From NCBI GenBank assembly GCA_963675745.2, contig CAXXWX010000006.1, positions 160,001 through 224,000 on the forward strand: a stretch of DNA of 64,000 nucleotides, given 5' to 3'. This stretch comes from Phycisphaerae bacterium (GTDB lineage: Bacteria; Planctomycetota; Phycisphaerae; UBA1845; Fen-1342). The notes beneath the pieces were generated by a model. The model had not been told where the DNA came from. It searched no databases and worked only from the letters and a program-made list of their open reading frames with translations. A program made the translations under genes and the position numbers. Below, one piece after another: positions 9,664 to 18,481 of the stretch; positions within the stretch are counted from its first letter, which is position 1, and every line of letters begins with the position of its first letter.

Positions 9664-11142
9664 GTGAGTTCGATAGGTGAGTCCGTGTCGATCAAGTGCC
9701 GTTGCACCTGTGGGGCGTCGATCCGCGCGCCCCGCTCCGCGGTCGGCCGGCGAGTGCGTTGCCCGAAGTGCCGGAATGTGATGACGCTGGTACCGGAGAA
9801 GGGTCAGCAACCTGCTGCGAGGTCGGTGGCGGCCGCCGCGAAGCCGGCACCGCGCAAGACGCCCACCAAGCGGATTCACGCCAATTGCGAATGCGGCGCC
9901 AAGTTGGCGGTCCACCCCGATCTCGCCGGTCGAGTGGCCAAGTGTCCCAAGTGCGGCGGCCGCATCAAAATCCCTGGCAGGCCCCCGTCACGGCCGCCCG
10001 CCGTCGTCGAGAGCGATTTGGACGACGCGCTCGCGGCACTGGCCGGCGGCGAGAACCTCCCGCGTCCCGATCCCGCGCCGCCGCCGCTGGACCAAGGCGG
10101 CTATGCTCTCAAGCCCGAGGCCGCTGAACCACCGCCAGGCGGCGCTGCCCCGGAGCCAATGAAGCCATCCGGGCCCGCGATGCCGTGCAAGTGCTGCGGT
10201 AAGCAGTACCCGCCGGGCGTCAAAATCTGCGTTGAATGCGGCTTGGACCTGAAGACCGGGCGGCCGCTCTTGATGACCGATGACAACTCGCTCGACAAAG
10301 CCTACATCTACGCCGAGAGTATTCTGGGCTGGCTGAGCTGGCTGATCGGCGTTGGTGTGTATCCGATCGCATCGGAAGCGTTCGGCACGCGCACGCCGTG
10401 GGTCATTCGCGGTGTCGGCGCGCTGACCGTGGTGGTCAGTCTGTGGTTCTTGGCGTCATGGCTCACGGAAGGCGAGACCGTCGCCACGCTCAACCTTATG
10501 CTCTGGACCGGGGCGGGCGATCCGTCTGCTTTCTGGCCGGAGGGCGTCGGGTATCACAATTCGCAGCTCATCACGCATGCGTTCCTGCACGCTGACCCGA
10601 TCCATCTCGCGGGCAACATGCTCTTTTTGTTCGTGTTCGGCTCGCGCGTGAATGCGTTAATCGGCAACGCGCTCACCGTCGCGCTTTATCCACTGCTCGC
10701 AGTGGCGGCGGGGTTGGCGCACATGGCGGCGACGGCGAATGACGACCTCGGCCCGATGCTCGGCGCCTCGGGCGCCGTGATGGGCCTGGCCGGGATGTAC
10801 CTCGTGTTCTTCCCGATCCACAAAGTGCATATGGCCGCGTGGTGGCGCTGGGGGCTGCTGGGCGGATTTCAGTTGCACCTGAAGATTTGGTCGACGCGCG
10901 GCCTTTGGGTCGTGATGTTCTATATCGCGTTCGACATCCTTTACACCAGCATTGGCCTCGAAGACGACGTTGCGCACTGGGCGCATCTCGGCGGGTTCCT
11001 CACCGGCGTCGCGCTCGCGATCACGCTGATGGCCGCCCGGTTGGTCAACGCCCGCGGCGGCGACCTGCTGACGCTCACTCTGGGCCGCGCCGCATGGGCG
11101 ATCATCGGCAAGCCGAACCGGCCAGGGATTGCACTGCCGTGA
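9664..11142 (+). CDS. Rhomboid intramembrane serine protease with three N-terminal zinc-ribbon modules
   Basis: FLHADPIHLAGNMLFL, GASGAV and AHWAHLGG; CTC..CPKC, CEC..CPKC and CKCC..CVEC; start codon uncertain. Confidence 0.9.
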   Translation: MSSIGESVSIKCRCTCGASIRAPRSAVGRRVRCPKCRNVMTLVPEKGQQPAARSVAAAAKPAPRKTPTKRIHANCECGAKLAVHPDLAGRVAKCPKCGGRIKIPGRPPSRPPAVVESDLDDALAALAGGENLPRPDPAPPPLDQGGYALKPEAAEPPPGGAAPEPMKPSGPAMPCKCCGKQYPPGVKICVECGLDLKTGRPLLMTDDNSLDKAYIYAESILGWLSWLIGVGVYPIASEAFGTRTPWVIRGVGALTVVVSLWFLASWLTEGETVATLNLMLWTGAGDPSAFWPEGVGYHNSQLITHAFLHADPIHLAGNMLFLFVFGSRVNALIGNALTVALYPLLAVAAGLAHMAATANDDLGPMLGASGAVMGLAGMYLVFFPIHKVHMAAWWRWGLLGGFQLHLKIWSTRGLWVVMFYIAFDILYTSIGLEDDVAHWAHLGGFLTGVALAITLMAARLVNARGGDLLTLTLGRAAWAIIGKPNRPGIALP

Positions 11143-11148
11143 TCACGC

Positions 11149-11415
11149 GTGCCAGCGCGCGCCGAGGATCTATACGTGGTCGATCGTGGGCCGGGCAACC
11201 TGCTGCGCGTCGATCCGTTCACCGGTGCGAACACGATCATCGGCACCGGCTTCGGCGACATCGTGAACGACATGGCCTCTGACATCGCGTTCGGTCCGGA
11301 CGGCGCGATGTACGTGAGCATGTTCCAGCGTAATGAAGTCCTGCGCATCGTCCCCGAGCCGACGACACTGTCGCTGCTCGGCCTGGCCGCGCTGGGGCTG
11401 ATTCGCCGCCGCTAA
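11149..11415 (+). pseudogene. 5'-truncated duplicate of the PEP-CTERM gene (last blades plus sorting signal, no signal peptide)
   Basis: DLYVVDRGPGNLLRVDPF...VPEPTTLSLLGLAALGLIRRR matches the C-terminus of 8396-9367 except for one I>V. Confidence 0.8.
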
Positions 11416-11457
11416 ACCGGCGTCGAATTCGAGAGTCGGAAACAACACAAAGGGCGG
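11167..11457 (+). repeat. 291-bp direct repeat, copy 2
   Basis: Matches 9119-9409; ends inside the terminator arm. Confidence 0.95.
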
Positions 11458-11503
11458 GAACAGAAAAGGTGTCAGGGAACAGAAAAGGTGTCAGGAAGAT
11501 TTT
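11457..11503. repeat. 23-bp inverted repeat, right copy, within a 19-bp tandem duplication
   Basis: GGAACAGAAAAGGTGTCAG twice (11457-11475, 11476-11494); AGAAAAGGTGTCAGGAAGATTTT at 11481-11503. Confidence 0.9.
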
Positions 11504-11527
11504 CTGGCGTCATTGGCGCTGGAAAAG

Positions 11528-11550
11528 CACGGCTCACAGAGCCGTGGCAC
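11528..11550 (-). repeat. GTGCCAC-type REP-like palindrome
   Basis: Reverse complement GTGCCACGGCTCTGTGAGCCGTG; 1-mismatch copy at 24878-24900. Confidence 0.7.
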
Positions 11551-11564
11551 ACGTGTGCGTGGAC

Positions 11565-11627
11565 GCTGACGGCTGATGGCTGACGGCTGAGAGCTGATCG
11601 CTGAAAGCCGACCGCTGATCGCCGAGC
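11565..11627. repeat. Heptamer tandem repeat (GCYGANN)9
   Basis: gctgacg gctgatg gctgacg gctgaga gctgatc gctgaaa gccgacc gctgatc gccgagc. Confidence 0.9.
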
Positions 11628-11629
11628 GC

Positions 11630-13159
11630 TCATTCGGCCCCCGCGTCATCTCTCGCCACCGCGTGCAGCTCGCCACTCTCGCGCAGCAGCTTCAACGACG
11701 TGTCGATGTCTTCGCCAAACTGGCGGTCGCGGTCGGCGTGGGGGATGTGTGCCCGCACCAGCTTGTGCAGGCTGCGCGGGCCGACGCCCGGCTCTATCGG
11801 CATGCGGAAATCGATGGCCTGGGCGGCGCACATCAGCTCTATCGCGTAGACGGTCTCCACCCGGTCCAACACCTCATAACACTTCAACGCCGACGTCGCC
11901 CCCATGCTCACATGATCTTCCTGTCCCAATGACGTCGGGATCGAATCGACACTCGCCGGCGTCGCCAGCACCTTGCACTCGTTCACCAACGCCGCCGCCG
12001 TGTATTGCGGCAGCATGAACCCGCTGTTTAATCCGGTGTCCTGCATCAGCAACGGCGGGAGGCCCTCGGCACCGGCCAACAGCGCGTAGATGCGGCGTTC
12101 GCTGATGCTCGCCAGATCGGTGAGCGCGATCGCCAGATAGTCGAGCACCAGCGCGAGCGGCGCACCATGGAAGTTGCCGCCGCTGATCGCATCATCTTCA
12201 AACACCAGCGGGTTGTCGGTGACGCTGTTGATCTCGCGCGCAACGGTCTGGCGGAAGTGGCAAAGCGCGTCACGAAAGGCCCCGTGTACCTGGGGCGCGC
12301 AGCGGAATGAGTATTGATCCTGCACGCGCTCGCACGTGGCGTGTGAGGCGAGAATCTCGCTTTCACGCATGTGCCGGCGGACGTTGGCGGCGACGGTTTG
12401 CGCGCCCGGGTGCGGGCGCAGATCGTGTAGGCGCTGGTCCGCCGGGCGCACGCTGCCGCGCATACCTTCCAGCGATGCGCACAGGATCAGGTCCGCCAGA
12501 TCCGCCAACCGTGCCGCGCGCACGCCGACATTGGCGGCATAGGAGCTCATCAGTTGCGTGCCGTTGATAAGCGCCAGCCCCTCCTTGGCGACCAGCCTGA
12601 TCGGCTCGATCCGCAGTTTCCTCAGGATCTCCGCCGCGGGCCGTTCACCGTCGCGAGTGTTAACCTGACCGCGGCCGATCAGCGGCAGAAACAGATGCGC
12701 CAACGGGGCCAGGTCGCCACTGGCGCCCAACGAGCCGCGGCCCGGCACGACGGAGAGCAGATCATGGTCCAGATGCAGGGCCAATCGCTCGATCACTTCG
12801 GGCCGCACACCGCTGTGGCCGCGCAGCAGCATGTGCGTCTTGAACAGCAGCATCCAGCGCACTATCTCGCCGGGCACGGGCGGTCCGACACCGACGGCGT
12901 GTGAAATCAGCAGATTTTCCTGGAGCGCATCCAGTTGGTTATCGTCGATGCGCACGTTCTTGAGATGCCCGAAGCCGGTGTTTATGCCATAGATTGCATC
13001 GCCGCGACGGGCCAGGGCATCGACCCAGCCGCGCGCGCGACCGGCGCGTTCGAGCCCGGCTGCCGCCAGGGTCACCTTCAGCGGCCGGCCGAGGCACTCG
13101 TCCAGCATGTCGAAGTCCAGCGCCCGGTCGCCAAGCTCCAGTGCGTAAGGTGTCATCAA
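11630..13159 (-). CDS. hutH: Histidine ammonia-lyase
   Basis: YGINTGFG, LLISHAVGVG (SH substrate residues), GASGDLAPLAH (MIO), KEGLALINGTQ, QEDHVSMG. Confidence 0.95.
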   Translation of the reverse strand: MMTPYALELGDRALDFDMLDECLGRPLKVTLAAAGLERAGRARGWVDALARRGDAIYGINTGFGHLKNVRIDDNQLDALQENLLISHAVGVGPPVPGEIVRWMLLFKTHMLLRGHSGVRPEVIERLALHLDHDLLSVVPGRGSLGASGDLAPLAHLFLPLIGRGQVNTRDGERPAAEILRKLRIEPIRLVAKEGLALINGTQLMSSYAANVGVRAARLADLADLILCASLEGMRGSVRPADQRLHDLRPHPGAQTVAANVRRHMRESEILASHATCERVQDQYSFRCAPQVHGAFRDALCHFRQTVAREINSVTDNPLVFEDDAISGGNFHGAPLALVLDYLAIALTDLASISERRIYALLAGAEGLPPLLMQDTGLNSGFMLPQYTAAALVNECKVLATPASVDSIPTSLGQEDHVSMGATSALKCYEVLDRVETVYAIELMCAAQAIDFRMPIEPGVGPRSLHKLVRAHIPHADRDRQFGEDIDTSLKLLRESGELHAVARDDAGAE

Positions 13160-15891
13160 TCTCTCTCCGATGCCAAGGCGCTGACATCCGCGGTGACGTG
13201 GTCGATGAACTCGAGCAACGGCGGCAGCCCGGCCGCCACCATCCGCTCATCGATTTCCGCACGCAACGCCGCCCTGGTCTGTACCGCGTGATACTCCTCC
13301 GGCAGCGCCAGGTTGACCAGGTCGAGGGGCGCGATGGCGCCGTCGACGAGCTTGAGCCGGTACACCTGGCCACCGTCTTCCGGCGGTCGGGCGAAGTATA
13401 CCCAGCGCTTGTCACGCCGGTCATAGGGCATTGTTTCGGGAATCAGCGCCGGGTATGGATCGTCGCCGGGCAGTGCGATGCGCCGAGCCTCCTGCTGACC
13501 GATGTCGAAGCGAATGAGCCCCTGATCGCTCGTGAGGAAAAATACCGGCGTCTCCCGGTCGCACAGGCCGCGGGGAAAGAGCTGTGTGAGTGTGGCCAAT
13601 TGCAGCCGCTCGGCGATCCACGCTGACGACCAGATGCTCCCGCCGGCGGTCTCGATCAGGAACTGCGGACCGCCGCGCAGGGCGACGTGTACGATGCGTT
13701 TGTCCTCGACGATCGGGGCGATCCACCCGATCTCGGGGAGGTCGGGGTCGCTGACATATTCGCCGCCGGCGCGGATATCCGCGCGCAAGAACTCGGCCAT
13801 TTCTGGGTAATCTGACGTCATGCGCGCGCCGGCCGTGCCGTCACGCACATCCGCCGCGAACTGAGCAAACACCGGGCCGACGTACCGATCAAACGCCGGG
13901 ATATCCGTCGTGTGAATATTCAACCGCACGGCGTCAGTTACGCCGAGTTCGATGACGCGGCGCCGGCCGTACGCCCAGGCGCTGCCGTCGGCCCGGCAGT
14001 ATCCGAGCCAGGGCCAGTTCAAGGGCCCGGCGTACCAGGAGGGTGTGGGTGGTGCCAGCCGGGTTCGCGAGCTTCCGTCCGCCGTGACGCGCATGAGTCG
14101 GTGATCGCGCATAACCAGAATCCACGCCGTGCCCATATCGATCGGCACGGCCAGCAGCGGACGCTCATCGTTGTCGGAAAGCTGCTCGATGAAGTCAATC
14201 GTGGATCGCAGCGCGTTGGCCCCCGTGACCGCCGGCGCGGCGGACAACGCCGCTGCCGCCTGCTCCACGCGGTCGGCCGCCAAGTGCCGCAGCACGTCGA
14301 TCTCGGCGGTAATGGCGTCGTCGCGCGCATACTCCCGTGCGCTGGCGAAGATCCTGTCGCGGGGCTGGTCACGCGTGTATTCGAGCAGGGCCAGCGCCCG
14401 CGCGAACGTCGGGGCGTCGGCGCGCGGCAGGCCGGGGAGCAGCACCGCAAGGTGCTCCCGAACGGCTTCGGCATTCTCCGGCCGCAGGGCCATGCACATC
14501 CAGTAGGCGTACGCCGATCTGCCGCGCTGCCGTGGGACACTCATGATGCGCAGCATCTCCATGACGCGCGCGTCATTGGGAAACTGGTACAGAAAGAAGG
14601 CCACGCGCGCCGCAACCGCTGGGTTGCGGGTCAGTATCGCCGTGTCATCGGCCGGTAGCACGTGGGCCAAAACGTCGCGCGCGTCTGGGAAGAATTGATC
14701 GAGGGCCTCGGCGGGGCGACCCGCGAGAAACGGGAGCCAGGCGTCGGTGTCCACGCGCACCCACTTGTTGATCTGGCTGGGTGGCTGACGCAGGATCACG
14801 CTGCGCGGTTCGATCAGGCGCTGACATTCTGAGCGGAGGTCCAGCTCATGGCACATCCAGCTCACGACCGCCAACATGTTGCCGCCCTGTGTGATGTTGT
14901 CGAGACGGCGCCTGCGAGTGGCCTCATCGCCGGGCACGGCCTCTGGGCGATACTCGTGCCACCACAGCTCGGCGGCCCGCACGAGGGCGTCGATGTAGCG
15001 CCGGGCGGGCACGAGCACGCGCTGAACGCGCAAGTCAGGATCTCTACCAAGGTTGTAAGACGCAGCTTGCGCCTGTTCCCCAATAGCCCACTCGAGCGCG
15101 TACGGGGCCTTGAGTGGACCGTGTAAGTCCAGCGACGATGGGGCGTCCCACATGGTCTGCCACGGCACAAGCGGAACCGGCTCCACCAGTTCCGTCGCGT
15201 CGGCCAGCAGCTCGAGCGCGCGCCCGCGATCGCCGGCGGTAAACGCGATCTGCGCGCGCAGCGCCGCCGACAGCTCGTCTTCCGTGATCGGTGACGGCGC
15301 CCCCTTGGCCAGCTCCAGCAGCCGTTCATATGCCTGTTCGGCGTAGCCGCCCGCATACAGGCGCACAATCTCCGCCACGCGTGGGCCATGGGGCAGGCGA
15401 TAGTTGCTGAATGCTTGAAGCTGGGCCGCATCATCGACGACTATTTCGCGCGGCCCGGTCGGTGTGGCAATGCGAAGCTCGACCCGTTGTCCCGTGTCGG
15501 GCATGGCGGCTTGAAGTTCACGCACGTTATGTACACGCCGGCCGGTCACGTGTGTGATCAGATCGCCGGGGCGCAGCGCGGCATGGGACGCACAACGCAC
15601 GGCCAACACGCCACGTTTTGGCGGAACGATGTTCTCTATGACGTAGCGCAGCCGGCGGCGGACTTCCGGATCGTCGGTGTCGCGCAGGGCGACATTGAGC
15701 GCGTCGCGGATTTGCACGCCGCCCCCCAACAGCTCACGCGTCGCCGCTTCACGGACCTCGTAATCGTCCGCTCCAAGCCGGGCGACAAGCTCATCGATTG
15801 AGCCGCCCGCCGCCGGCATCGTAGACTGGGCGGACGCCGTGACTGCCAGGGCGATCAACAACAGCGAAAGCCGGTGTGGCGTTGTTGTCAT
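13156..15891 (-). CDS. Large exported hypothetical protein (N-terminal HEAT-like and PDZ-like segments)
   Basis: Open frame of about 910 aa, signal peptide, LVARLGADDYEVREAATREL, LRPGDLITHVTGRRV; 4-bp overlap with hutH. Confidence 0.75.
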   Translation of the reverse strand: MTTTPHRLSLLLIALAVTASAQSTMPAAGGSIDELVARLGADDYEVREAATRELLGGGVQIRDALNVALRDTDDPEVRRRLRYVIENIVPPKRGVLAVRCASHAALRPGDLITHVTGRRVHNVRELQAAMPDTGQRVELRIATPTGPREIVVDDAAQLQAFSNYRLPHGPRVAEIVRLYAGGYAEQAYERLLELAKGAPSPITEDELSAALRAQIAFTAGDRGRALELLADATELVEPVPLVPWQTMWDAPSSLDLHGPLKAPYALEWAIGEQAQAASYNLGRDPDLRVQRVLVPARRYIDALVRAAELWWHEYRPEAVPGDEATRRRRLDNITQGGNMLAVVSWMCHELDLRSECQRLIEPRSVILRQPPSQINKWVRVDTDAWLPFLAGRPAEALDQFFPDARDVLAHVLPADDTAILTRNPAVAARVAFFLYQFPNDARVMEMLRIMSVPRQRGRSAYAYWMCMALRPENAEAVREHLAVLLPGLPRADAPTFARALALLEYTRDQPRDRIFASAREYARDDAITAEIDVLRHLAADRVEQAAAALSAAPAVTGANALRSTIDFIEQLSDNDERPLLAVPIDMGTAWILVMRDHRLMRVTADGSSRTRLAPPTPSWYAGPLNWPWLGYCRADGSAWAYGRRRVIELGVTDAVRLNIHTTDIPAFDRYVGPVFAQFAADVRDGTAGARMTSDYPEMAEFLRADIRAGGEYVSDPDLPEIGWIAPIVEDKRIVHVALRGGPQFLIETAGGSIWSSAWIAERLQLATLTQLFPRGLCDRETPVFFLTSDQGLIRFDIGQQEARRIALPGDDPYPALIPETMPYDRRDKRWVYFARPPEDGGQVYRLKLVDGAIAPLDLVNLALPEEYHAVQTRAALRAEIDERMVAAGLPPLLEFIDHVTADVSALASERD

Positions 15892-16263
15892 GCAGGCTCC
15901 GTGTGCGGCGAAGACCACAGTCTATGATGCGTTCCCGCGGAGGCAAGCGATGGGAGATTGGGGAACAGGAGACTGGGCGCCGGGGTCAGTGATTATCGGC
16001 GGTTTGGCACGATCTGGGAGTTGTGAGATCAGCAATTTCTGTGCCAATGACGAGGCAGGTTTTTTCGCGTTGTGTTTGCAAGTCGCGATCGCTAGCTTGG
16101 GATTAGCTGGGGAGCAGCTCTGAGTGTTCAGCGAGACGGGAAGAAGCGCTGCACCGCCACATGAAGATGGCACAGCTCCCCCAGGTATAGAGGCGTTCCG
16201 GCGTGATTGTCGGAGCGCTTCTTTTTTTACGCTTCGCCGGCGCGGGAACTGTCCGGAACTCGA

Positions 16264-16359
16264 CGGCCGGCGGGGCGCCGGCCGCTACTTGCTCCGGCGG
16301 GGCCGGCCGCTACTTTTTCCGGCGGGGCCAGCCGCTACTTTTTCCGGCGGAGCCGGCGG
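16264..16359. repeat. GTAG-type REP followed by a 25-bp REP-derived tandem array
   Basis: CGGCCGGCGGGGCGCCGGCCGCTAC at 16264-16288 (identical to 54115-54139); CCGGCGGGGCC(G/A)GCCGCTACTTTTT at 16294 and 16319, partial at 16344. Confidence 0.85.
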
Positions 16360-16371
16360 AGGGTGCAGGCG

Positions 16372-18369
16372 TTATTCGGCACCCGGCCGGGGCCAGTCAT
16401 CCGTGCGGAATGATGACGCCGGGAGTCCTTCCTGGTTACACAAATTCGGCTGGTCGGCCGCGCCCCAGGCGAAGCGCACGGCGACCGGTTCGGCGACCGC
16501 CTCGCTGGACACGATGACCGTCTCGCCGTCGATTCGGGCTTCCGCCGGGTGAAACTGGCGATCAGCGCCGGCGATTGTGAAGTGCGTGAGGCTCTCACCA
16601 GCGCACGCAAGTCCGCTGCCGACGTGTTCGAACGCCAGGCGAATCTGATCGCCTTCCACCCGCATCGACTTGTACAGCGGTCCGGAATAGACCAGGTCGG
16701 CTTTGCCGTACGTCTTGGCCAGGGCCCAGAGTGCCAGGCGGCGGCCAACATCGACCTTATTGCGCGGGTGGATGTCGGCCGGATTGCCGATGTCCATCGT
16801 CACGGCCATGCCCGTGTTGGCGGTCTTCAGCGTGAGCATCTGGGCTTCGCGCAGCTCGGCGGCCTCGCCGGTATCCCCGCCATAGACAAATGGCGCGATC
16901 TGCACGTAGTAGAACGGGAAGTCACCCTGGTCCCACCGGTTGCGCCAATCGTTGATCAGGGCCGGGAAGAGGGTGCGGTATTGCCGCGCGCGGGTGCGGT
17001 TTGACTCGCCCTGATACCAGATCGCGCCACGCATGCCATAGGGGATCAGCGGCGAAATCATGCCGTTGTACAGCGCTGAAGGCCAGTTCTGGTTCAACGC
17101 AGCGCCGTGCGGCCAGGGCGGCAGGTCGCGTTGTTTCACGCTTACCCGATAGCGCCATGGGCCGGCCAGCGAGAGGGCCGCGGTCGGCCCGGCGTCGGTC
17201 GGGTAGATGCGGAGATCCTCGGGCTTGCCGCGCATGCCGCCGGGGCCGGTGATGTCCACGACACGGATGGCGATGACGTTGCGACCCGATTCAACCGCCG
17301 ATGCCGGCACGGTGTACTTGCGTGGTGTGTACCACGCGCCCAGGTTCTCGTGAGCCCCCACCTGCTTGCCGTTAAGCCAGGTTTTGTCCATGTCATCGAT
17401 CGGCCCCAGCTCGATGGTCAGCGCTTCGCCGTCCCATGCGTCCGGCAGCTCGATCTCCCGGCGGAACCACACGACGCCATCGTGATCCCGGAGGTCATCC
17501 GCGTCCCAGTCGCCGGGCACGTCGATTTGCGCCCAACTCGCATCGTCATACTGCGGCAGCTCCCAGTGCTCGCCGGTTCCCTTATCGCGCTGGTTGAGTG
17601 CATCCCAGCACCGGCGCATGGCTTCTGCCTGTTGCCTTTCGAGCGCACCGGGGTTCGTGCGCTCCTGTTCCAGCGTATGAAGCGCGTCGTCGAAGTCCTT
17701 GAGCGGGCGCAGCGCGGATGCGCTGGTCCACGCCTCGGCAACAGTCCCGCCCCAGCTTGTGTTGATCAGCCCGACGGGCACGTCCAGTTTGCCGTGCAAT
17801 TCGCGTCCGAAGAAGTACGCCACGGCGCTGAAACGCCGCGCCGACTCAGGGCCGCATTCGATCCAGCGGCCTCCGCAGTCCGGTTGTGGTGTGGCGGCGA
17901 ATTTCGGCTGAACGGTAAACAGGCGTATTTGCGGACAATCGGCGGCCTTGATGACTCGCTCGGCATCGTCAGTGGCGCTGAGTGGCCAGGCCATGTTCGA
18001 CTGCCCGGAACAGATCCAGACCTCGCCAATCATCACGTTGGACAACGTGAGCGTGTTTTCGCCGGTGATCGTGATCCGGTGCGGGCCGCCAGCGTCCGGC
18101 GTGGCGATCTTCACAGACCACTTGCCATCCGGCTCGGCCTTGGTGGCAACCGGCACGTCCAGCCAATCCGGCGCGACGCTGATATCTTCGTCCGGTGCAG
18201 CCCAACCCCATAGCGGTGCGTCCATGTTCCGCTGGAGCACCATGTTGTCGCCGATGACGGCGGGCAACTTGATATCCGCGACTGCCGGCGCGGCGTGGCC
18301 CAACAGTACCACGGTAGCTGTAAGCAGGAGGCCGGCGATGTGGCGTTCGTGCGCAGTGCGTCGTGACAT
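16372..18369 (-). CDS. Sialate O-acetylesterase family protein
   Basis: GEVWICSGQSNM, SWGGT, WYQGESN, DIHPRNK; inserted galactose-binding-like domain; signal peptide. Confidence 0.93.
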   Translation of the reverse strand: MSRRTAHERHIAGLLLTATVVLLGHAAPAVADIKLPAVIGDNMVLQRNMDAPLWGWAAPDEDISVAPDWLDVPVATKAEPDGKWSVKIATPDAGGPHRITITGENTLTLSNVMIGEVWICSGQSNMAWPLSATDDAERVIKAADCPQIRLFTVQPKFAATPQPDCGGRWIECGPESARRFSAVAYFFGRELHGKLDVPVGLINTSWGGTVAEAWTSASALRPLKDFDDALHTLEQERTNPGALERQQAEAMRRCWDALNQRDKGTGEHWELPQYDDASWAQIDVPGDWDADDLRDHDGVVWFRREIELPDAWDGEALTIELGPIDDMDKTWLNGKQVGAHENLGAWYTPRKYTVPASAVESGRNVIAIRVVDITGPGGMRGKPEDLRIYPTDAGPTAALSLAGPWRYRVSVKQRDLPPWPHGAALNQNWPSALYNGMISPLIPYGMRGAIWYQGESNRTRARQYRTLFPALINDWRNRWDQGDFPFYYVQIAPFVYGGDTGEAAELREAQMLTLKTANTGMAVTMDIGNPADIHPRNKVDVGRRLALWALAKTYGKADLVYSGPLYKSMRVEGDQIRLAFEHVGSGLACAGESLTHFTIAGADRQFHPAEARIDGETVIVSSEAVAEPVAVRFAWGAADQPNLCNQEGLPASSFRTDDWPRPGAE

Positions 18370-18481
18370 GGTCGTTCTCCAATAGGCGGTGATCACGACA
18401 GCGTAGTTAGCCCGGGCGCCGTGTCAATCGCGCGGCCACGGGGTGTAACGCTCGATGTGCTCGGCAACGCGGGCAGGGTGG

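Noticed and set aside
9119..11457. Diversity-generating retroelement (VR/TR pair at a gene 3' end)
   Set aside because: The differences are not confined to adenines of one copy (they include C/T changes), are mostly synonymous, and no reverse transcriptase is in the window.
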